From NCBI GenBank assembly GCA_965230905.1, contig OZ246396.1:1-32000 (forward strand): 32,000 bases of DNA, written 5' to 3'. The notes below the pieces were generated by a model. It did no database searches. It was not told the DNA's origin and was given only the letters and a program-made list of their open reading frames with translations. Shown here one piece after another: positions 15,997 through 22,092 of the stretch (positions are counted from its first letter, which is position 1; every line of letters starts with the position of its first letter). This stretch comes from Candidatus Saccharimonadota bacterium. GTDB lineage: Bacteria; Patescibacteriota; Gracilibacteria; UBA1369; 2-02-FULL-48-14. Both the position numbers and the translations under genes were made by a program.

Positions 15997-16473
15997 AACT
16001 CGCCTCACCCTAGGATACTGCCGAACGATAAAGTCCTGCACGACACCAAGATCCAAGTATTCTTCCTGTAAATCAGGTGGGAGAAATTTGAAATCGGTTA
16101 CAATTCCACGGCAAGTCTCTGCTCCGCACGCACACGGCAGCGTCCAATTATCTTCATCCATAGTCGTCGAGTAGTCGAAGAAGATTTCAGTGCCGCGACG
16201 TATTTCTGTTAAGGCGGTGAGTGTGAATTTTCGCAGACCCGCATTGGGCATACAAGAATGGTTCACCAAAACGTCCGGCTCAGGAAGGTCTAGGTAGATT
16301 TCAGCTCCAATCTGCAGAGGGCATCCATCCACCGGTCGTGCGAGGGCTTCTTCAAGAGTAATGATCGGCCCTCTAAAATCCAAAATAGGCTCACCCTTTC
16401 GGATGTCTTCTTTTGCATAAACGCCACGTCCTGCTATTCTGGAATCTGCAACGGTGATTTTCTCAAGGCCCAT
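15988..16473 (-). CDS. SET domain-containing protein-lysine N-methyltransferase
   Basis: Motifs are GRGVYA...I.KGE, NHSCMPN, EIFFDYS and a post-SET-like Cys cluster CACGAETCRG. Its 3' end overlaps the rsmG 3' end by 9 nt. Confidence 0.85.
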   Translation of the reverse strand: MGLEKITVADSRIAGRGVYAKEDIRKGEPILDFRGPIITLEEALARPVDGCPLQIGAEIYLDLPEPDVLVNHSCMPNAGLRKFTLTALTEIRRGTEIFFDYSTTMDEDNWTLPCACGAETCRGIVTDFKFLPPDLQEEYLDLGVVQDFIVRQYPRVRRVLG

Positions 16474-16493
16474 GTGAAGTTTTCCTCATCCTA

Positions 16494-17093
16494 ATGCCAA
16501 AACCTTACAAAGTTCAAGATAAGTATTTCCAGCTCGCCAAGGAGCAAGGCTATCGGGCGCGCAGTGCGTTTAAACTGCTGGATATTCAGGAAAAATACCA
16601 CCTCATTCACCGTGGGGACACCGTGGTGGATTTGGGGGCGGCGCCGGGAAGTTTTTTGCAGGTGATTGCGGAATTGGTTGGCGGCGCAGGAACGGCGGTG
16701 GGCTTTGACCTTCAGGAAATCGATGCGTTTGAAGAAGAGAACCTCCACAGCTTTGTGCAGGACATTATGGAGAAAGATGGGATTTTTGCGCGCTTGGAGG
16801 AACTGGGCATCAAGCGAGTCGATGTGGTGACCAGCGATTTGGCGCCCAAGACCAGCGGGATCCGTGACCTCGACCAAGGGCGCAGCGCGGAGCTCACCGA
16901 TCAGGCTTTCTTTTTGGCGACGCGCATTTTGAAAAAGGGCGGCAATTTTGTGGGAAAGATTTTTGAAGGCGAAGAGATGCAGGCCGTTATTAAAAAAATG
17001 AAGACTCGTTTTAAAAAAGTTTCCGTCTTTAAACCACCCTCTTCCCGCGACCGCAGTTTTGAGACTTTTGTAGTCGGGATTCAGTTAATTTAA
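16494..17093 (+). CDS. rlmE: 23S rRNA Um2552 2'-O-methyltransferase RlmE (FtsJ)
   Basis: Motifs are YRARSAFKLLDIQEKY, VVDLGAAPGSF, VTSDLAPKTSG, GGNFVGKIFEGE and VFKP.SSR.RS.E. Confidence 0.9.
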   Translation: MPKPYKVQDKYFQLAKEQGYRARSAFKLLDIQEKYHLIHRGDTVVDLGAAPGSFLQVIAELVGGAGTAVGFDLQEIDAFEEENLHSFVQDIMEKDGIFARLEELGIKRVDVVTSDLAPKTSGIRDLDQGRSAELTDQAFFLATRILKKGGNFVGKIFEGEEMQAVIKKMKTRFKKVSVFKPPSSRDRSFETFVVGIQLI

Positions 17094-17302
17094 AATCACC
17101 TTTTCTCTCAAGCCTTTCTTCCGGCTCTTTTCAGCACGGGAGCACTCCGAAAAAGATACATGATCTTTTCCTTCGTTTCCTTTAGGGTTATGTGCTTCAA
17201 AGAGCCGGAAGAAACCCAATATAAAGGTGATTTAAAATTCACATGGAATCTTTCTGAGGGGAGGAGAAGTACATAAAGATTCAGTTAATTGTGAATTTTA
17301 AA
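17088..17302. repeat. nested inverted-repeat element (MITE-like or structured leader)
   Basis: Perfect pairings were read by hand. Outer stem: 17093-17103 AAATCACCTTT with 17223-17233. Middle stem: 17115-17130 TTTCTTCCGGCTCTTT with 17199-17214, plus 5 more bp (17133-17137 with 17192-17196). Apex: 17151-17157 AAAAGAT with 17163-17169. A second hairpin pairs 17231-17242 TTTAAAATTCAC with 17291-17302. A 13-nt direct repeat GATTCAGTTAATT occurs at 17078-17090 and 17278-17290. Confidence 0.55.
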
Positions 17303-17323
17303 GTTCACGTTTATAATCTGCTT

Positions 17324-18685
17324 ATGAAGACTCGAAAAGAAACCGATGCCCTGGGGACCGTGAAGGTTCCTGCCAATAGTTACGGGGGCAGTTTTTATGA
17401 ACGCGCTCACAGTACTTTCAAAATTTCTTCGCTGCGCATTCCCCATTCTTTTAAAGTGGCGCTGGCGTGGATCAAAATGTCTGCAGCGGAAGTGAATGCG
17501 GATCTGGGGCATTTGCCCAAGAATATGGCCAAGGCGATTCAAACGGCGGGTCAGGAATTTATAGACGGAAAATTTGACGAGTACTATGACCTGGATGTGT
17601 ATCAGGCCGGGGCCGGCACGCCTTTCAACATGACGTTGAATGAAATTTTGGCGAACCGTGCGACCGAGCTGCTGGGTGGGAAGAAGGGCGAATACAAAGT
17701 GCACCCCAACAATCATGTGAACATGGCTCAGTCGTCCAACGACACCATCCCCACCGCCATTCGTTTGGCGGCGCTTTTGGAACTTTTGCCGCTGATGCAA
17801 AATGCTGAGGATTTGGTGAAAGCTTTTGAAAAGAAGGCGAAGAAATTTGAGAAAATGATCAAGGTGGGGCGCACGCATTTGCAAGATGCGGTGCCGGTGA
17901 CCTTGGGTCAGGAATTTGAAGCCTACGCGTCCGCTTTGGAACGGGCCATGGACCGACTCGACTTTGCGGCGCCCGAACTGGGAGATTTGGGCATTGGCGG
18001 AACGGCTACGGGCAGCGGACTCAACACGCACCCCAAGTTTTCTGAAAAAATGGTGAAGAGTTTGTCGAAGCGAATGAAACTGCAACTCGGTTTCATGAAT
18101 CCTTTTGAAAACAGCCACAGCTTGGGGGTCTTTGTAAGCGTGTCGGGCTGTTTGCGCGCGCTTTCTATTGAGCTGCTCCGCATTTGCAGCGATTTGCGTT
18201 TGATGGTGAGCGGACCCGAAGCGGGCTTCAATGAAATTCATCTGCCTGAGGTGGAGCCGGGCTCGTCCATTATGCCGGGCAAGGTGAATCCATCCGTGCT
18301 CGAATGCGTGAGCATGATTGCTGTGCAGGTTCAGGCGCTAGACCAGGCGATTGCCTTTTCTGCGACGCAGGGACAACTGGAACTCAACTGGTACACCCCG
18401 CTGGTGGGCTGGGATCTCCTGCATCAAATTCAAATTCTATCCAATGGAATGACGCTGCTGCGCAAAGACTGTGTTGAAGGCATTGAAGCCAACGAGGCGC
18501 ACATGAAAGAGGTGCTGGGCCGCAGCTTTGCCATGGCCACCGCGCTGGCCCCTCACCTGGGATACCACGCCGTTGCGGAAATGGTGAACACCGCGAAGCG
18601 GACCAAGACGCCTTTCGTAAAACTCGTGAAAAAAGAGCATGAGAAATATTTGAAACTGGACGAACTCACGAGGCCCAATCTTTAA
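17324..18685 (+). CDS. class II fumarate hydratase / aspartate ammonia-lyase family lyase
   Basis: ORF 17291..18685 trimmed to ATG 17324 (MKTRKETDALGTVKVPANSYGG, a family-typical N-terminus). Signatures are SSNDTIPTA, GRTHLQDAVPVTLGQEF and GSSIMPGKVNP. Some motifs lean towards FumC (ANRATELLGG..G...VHPN) and others towards AspA (DVYQAGAGT), so it is left unresolved. Confidence 0.85.
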   Translation: MKTRKETDALGTVKVPANSYGGSFYERAHSTFKISSLRIPHSFKVALAWIKMSAAEVNADLGHLPKNMAKAIQTAGQEFIDGKFDEYYDLDVYQAGAGTPFNMTLNEILANRATELLGGKKGEYKVHPNNHVNMAQSSNDTIPTAIRLAALLELLPLMQNAEDLVKAFEKKAKKFEKMIKVGRTHLQDAVPVTLGQEFEAYASALERAMDRLDFAAPELGDLGIGGTATGSGLNTHPKFSEKMVKSLSKRMKLQLGFMNPFENSHSLGVFVSVSGCLRALSIELLRICSDLRLMVSGPEAGFNEIHLPEVEPGSSIMPGKVNPSVLECVSMIAVQVQALDQAIAFSATQGQLELNWYTPLVGWDLLHQIQILSNGMTLLRKDCVEGIEANEAHMKEVLGRSFAMATALAPHLGYHAVAEMVNTAKRTKTPFVKLVKKEHEKYLKLDELTRPNL

Positions 18686-19398
18686 ACGATTACCTGTGTG
18701 AGGTGGTCGTGGAACATTCGTGTGATGGCCGTTTTTTCCTGTGGAGAGCTGCTGAGCTCACTGTAGTCCAAGCTGATTCCCAAGCGAGCCGAGAGCAAAG
18801 CAGGATCTACTGTAGCAATCAGCGCCTTCTTATAATTTTCGTATGGATCAAATACACTTGTTTGCGCCGGAAGAAACTTGCCCAAGCCAAGAGTGCTGAG
18901 CTGCAGCGCTGCATGAGTCTGACATAGGTTCCATTCTCCACCGTGAATACGATAGCGATCATCAGGATGAAAACCTTGTGTGATTTCTAGAAATTTTCCC
19001 AGCTCTTCCACAGACAAATAGCCTGTGCCCATGCGAGTGTAGGAAAATACATCGAAAGCATCCTCAGTTCGTACGCTACGCTCCTGTCTAAAATTGAATG
19101 CTCTTTTTAGTTTTTCTTCACGATCACCCGCTGGAGAGCCCAGGCAAAAAATAAGATCACGATTTCTTAGTTCAGCTGCTTTTTCCATGAAAGTCCTGAG
19201 TCTAGAGCTTTCAAACGGTCTTAGAGTCAAGATCCAGTCTGCATGCATCATGACGTCGAATTCTTTACCGTCTCTTTTTTCGGCATTTCTTTTGGCTGCA
19301 TCCAAAATGGCTTGTAGTTTAGCCTTATCGGTTTCATTAAGTTCAGCGTCTAATGTGTCCCAGCCCTCCAGGAAAGTTTCACTTGCTTTTGGATTCAT
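18682..19398 (-). CDS. hypothetical protein (238 aa)
   Basis: Long ORF preceded by a strong sigma70-like promoter. No family recognised. Confidence 0.6.
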   Translation of the reverse strand: MNPKASETFLEGWDTLDAELNETDKAKLQAILDAAKRNAEKRDGKEFDVMMHADWILTLRPFESSRLRTFMEKAAELRNRDLIFCLGSPAGDREEKLKRAFNFRQERSVRTEDAFDVFSYTRMGTGYLSVEELGKFLEITQGFHPDDRYRIHGGEWNLCQTHAALQLSTLGLGKFLPAQTSVFDPYENYKKALIATVDPALLSARLGISLDYSELSSSPQEKTAITRMFHDHLTQVIV

Positions 19399-19415
19399 AG
19401 GTCAAATAAGAGCGG

Positions 19416-19443
19416 ACTATAGCATTTTTATATACTTGGTCAA
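19416..19443 (-). promoter_or_regulatory. putative sigma70-type promoter, TTGACC-16 nt-TGcTATAGT (extended -10)
   Basis: The reverse strand reads TTGACCaagtatataaaaatgcTATAGT and then 17 nt to ATG 19398. This would give a very short leader. Confidence 0.4.
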
Positions 19444-19453
19444 GTAGTTGGCT

Positions 19454-19482
19454 TTGTCAGACTTTCTGCTATTTGTTACGAT
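19454..19482 (+). promoter_or_regulatory. putative sigma70-type promoter, TTGTCA-17 nt-TACGAT
   Basis: It sits back-to-back with the promoter above (-35 boxes 10 bp apart) and 22 nt upstream of ATG 19505. Confidence 0.3.
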
Positions 19483-19504
19483 GGTTCATTCGTAATGGAA
19501 GCCT

Positions 19505-19915
19505 ATGGGAAGTTTTCCAAATAAGTTCACTGAAAGCGGGTATGCGAGTGTTTATTTGAATGATTTAGAAAGATGTCGGGGACAACTGACTCTAGACCAA
19601 TGTCGCGCTCTTTTTGATGCACTCAATTCATTTTTAATGCCGGTCCAAGCCACTGAATCCGAGCCTACTCCAGCTACGCTCGGCCTGCTCATTTTATTGG
19701 AGGCGAATGTGGGCCACAGAGGCCCTCTGGATAGTCTCACTAAGTTTGTAGAGATCTATGGATCGGAGCAAGCCAACGTGGATTATGCAGCAAATCGTCC
19801 TCATGAAATTCGCGGCGAAAAGCCCGAACTCACTCCTTCAGAAAAGCCCGTGGATCTTCAAGCGGTGAGCGCTCATATTAAGCTTTTGCTCAGAACTTGG
19901 GTAGGCCTCACTTAA
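19505..19915 (+). CDS. hypothetical protein (136 aa)
   Basis: ORF with a plausible promoter. No motif recognised. Its 3' end overlaps the PKD gene stop by 8 nt. Confidence 0.5.
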   Translation: MGSFPNKFTESGYASVYLNDLERCRGQLTLDQCRALFDALNSFLMPVQATESEPTPATLGLLILLEANVGHRGPLDSLTKFVEIYGSEQANVDYAANRPHEIRGEKPELTPSEKPVDLQAVSAHIKLLLRTWVGLT

Positions 19916-22079
19916 CCGTGATGGTCTTGGTGATGCTGTCCACGATGCCAGTGTCTTCAGTGATCTCAAGCGTGATCGTGTAGGTTCCTGCGCTGTCGTA
20001 GGTGTGGGTTCCCGGTTTGCGGTCGAAACTGATTTCGCCGTCGCCAAAGTTCCATTCATAACTTTGAATGGTTCCTTGTGAACAAGAAGGGTCCACCACC
20101 ACAAAGAGTGGCGCGTTACCGGTAGATTCGTTCACCGTGAAACATGCGGTGAGGGAAACGGGGCGTACCACCACTTGCATGGTATCAGTGGCTCGTTCAC
20201 CGTCATCGCCGATTACGGTGAGGGTCACCGTGTAGGTTCCCACGGCGTTGTATTTGTAAGTAACCGTGGCGTCGCCCACATAGAGGTCACTGCCGTCGCC
20301 GAAGTCGATTTCATAAGAAACGATGTCCCCTTCTTTATAAGTAGAAGCGGAGGCGTCGAAGGCAATGGTGAGGGGCACTTCTCCGTTGGAGCTGTTGGAT
20401 TCCAAAATGGCTACGATGCCTTGTTCGCCCACTTGCACAGCTACCGTGGTTTCGTCGGAATTTCCGGCGGAGTCGGTGACGATGAGGCGAGCTTCGTAGC
20501 TGCCGGTTTCGGCATAGGTGTAGGTCACCTTATTTCCGGTTTCGTCCACTTCGCCGTCGTTATCAAAATCCCATTCGTAATCCACAATGTCGTCCTCGGG
20601 ATCGGTGGAGCTGGATCCATCAAAGTCCACTTTCAAGGGCACGGCGCCAGAAACACTGCCAGCGGCAAGGGCTGGAGTGGTTTTGATCACGGCAGATGGA
20701 GGGGTTCCCTCTTCCACCACTTGGATTTCCAAAATGGCTTCATCCGAATTTCCATCCGCATCGAGCACGGTGAGAGAAACTTCATAGTCACCGGCGGTGT
20801 CATACGTGTGGCTCACGCTGCGGCTTTCGAGTTTGGTTCCATCCCCAAGGTCCCATTTGTATTTAACGATTTTTTGGTCGCGGTATTGGGAAAGCTCTCC
20901 ATCAAAGTCGTATTCTTCATCGATATAGTAAATTTCGCCGTCCCCGAGTGGAGGCGTGATGATGGCACGAAGTCCACCCACACTGCCGGCTTCAATGGTT
21001 TCGGTGACCGTAGCAAATTCTCCGTTGTTGTCGGTCACACGGAGCGTGATTTCGTAAGTTCCTTCCTGAAGGAATTCATACTCCACGATTTCTCCTTCGG
21101 CGTCATCAAAACGTCCATCGGCATCAAAGTCCCATTCGTAGGCCACGATTTCTCCATCTGGATCAAAAGAACTGGTGGCGTCGAATTCCACAAGCAGAGG
21201 CACTTCCCCACTGTCGGGCTTGGCCACAAAGGAAGCGGCCGTCATTTCGTTTTCAATCACTACTTCCGTAGAGGTTTCGTAATCGAAACGGGCTCCGCTC
21301 TTGAGGTCCATGTATTCCACATTCAATGTCACGGTGTAGATTCCGTTTCCTTCGGCTTTTTGAGTGTATTCATGCGTCACGGTCTGACCGTTCCCAGTGC
21401 TGCCGTCTCCAAAATTCCAGGTGTAAGCCAGGATGCTGTAGGTGCCGGTATCAATGGGAATCAAGCTCGCGTCAAAGGTAATAGTGATGGGCGACGTGAG
21501 TCCAATGGTGTCCTCCGGCGTGGTGATAATAGGTGAACCAAAACGCGCTTCGGTGACCAAGCGTGGACCCAGGAACCAAATTCCCACCAGCCACAAAACG
21601 GTGGCGAGTAAAAAGCCGAGTCCGTACCACAGCGCCATGCGAGAGAATTTTTTCTTCTTGTCGACTTCTTCTTTTTTAGTGAGCAAAGAACGTAGCAAAC
21701 CGTAGAGAGCCATGAGCAGTGTAATTCCCACAGTTACCCCCAAAAGCACATTGAAAATTCCGTAGAAGAATCCGCTCATGCTGGCTTGAGAAATGGGCAG
21801 GTAATTGAAAAGCGAAAGTTCTTTGTTGGCGAGGAAAAGAGCCCATGCAAACACAATCACCAGCAAAAGCACATAAGAAACGGCGCTCACGATTCCCAAA
21901 CGTTTGAACATGGCCTTACGCTTCGCCAACTTTTCTTCCGGCGTTAGCACTTTTTTAGGTGCGGGCGCGGGTGCCACAGCGGGAACCGGAGCCACTGGAG
22001 GCGGAACAGCAGAACCTGTCGGTTCAGCGGGGACAGGAATGCCTGAACCTGTCGGTTCAGTAGGCGTGGTTTCGTCCAT
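19908..22079 (-). CDS. membrane-anchored PKD-repeat protein (723 aa; Pro-rich N-terminus, 3 TM, 6 PKD domains)
   Basis: The N-terminus is PTEPTGSGIPVPAEPTGSAVPPPVAPVPAVAPAPAPKK. TM helices lie at about aa 61-83, 104-128 and 148-170. Six W-[DN]-[FL]-[GD]-D-G type PKD signatures are present: YTWNFGDGS, YEWDFDADG, YKWDLGDGT, YEWDFDNDG, YEIDFGDGS and YEWNFGDGE. Confidence 0.85.
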   Translation of the reverse strand: MDETTPTEPTGSGIPVPAEPTGSAVPPPVAPVPAVAPAPAPKKVLTPEEKLAKRKAMFKRLGIVSAVSYVLLLVIVFAWALFLANKELSLFNYLPISQASMSGFFYGIFNVLLGVTVGITLLMALYGLLRSLLTKKEEVDKKKKFSRMALWYGLGFLLATVLWLVGIWFLGPRLVTEARFGSPIITTPEDTIGLTSPITITFDASLIPIDTGTYSILAYTWNFGDGSTGNGQTVTHEYTQKAEGNGIYTVTLNVEYMDLKSGARFDYETSTEVVIENEMTAASFVAKPDSGEVPLLVEFDATSSFDPDGEIVAYEWDFDADGRFDDAEGEIVEYEFLQEGTYEITLRVTDNNGEFATVTETIEAGSVGGLRAIITPPLGDGEIYYIDEEYDFDGELSQYRDQKIVKYKWDLGDGTKLESRSVSHTYDTAGDYEVSLTVLDADGNSDEAILEIQVVEEGTPPSAVIKTTPALAAGSVSGAVPLKVDFDGSSSTDPEDDIVDYEWDFDNDGEVDETGNKVTYTYAETGSYEARLIVTDSAGNSDETTVAVQVGEQGIVAILESNSSNGEVPLTIAFDASASTYKEGDIVSYEIDFGDGSDLYVGDATVTYKYNAVGTYTVTLTVIGDDGERATDTMQVVVRPVSLTACFTVNESTGNAPLFVVVDPSCSQGTIQSYEWNFGDGEISFDRKPGTHTYDSAGTYTITLEITEDTGIVDSITKTITVK
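19911..21527 (-). repeat. array of six PKD/Ig-like domain repeats (coding)
   Basis: Units of ~85-95 aa each contain PL.V.FDAS.S.D.DG.I..Y.WDFGDG.....G....H.Y...G.Y.V.L.V.D..G. Confidence 0.8.
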
Positions 22080-22092
22080 ATTTAGCGTTTAA

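Noticed and set aside
17285-18241. A 318-aa minus-strand ORF opposite the fumarase/aspartase gene.
   Set aside because: Its translation is Arg/His/Gln-rich with no domain features. The plus frame carries unmistakable lyase signatures (SSNDT, GSSIMPGKVNP). This is a classic shadow ORF.
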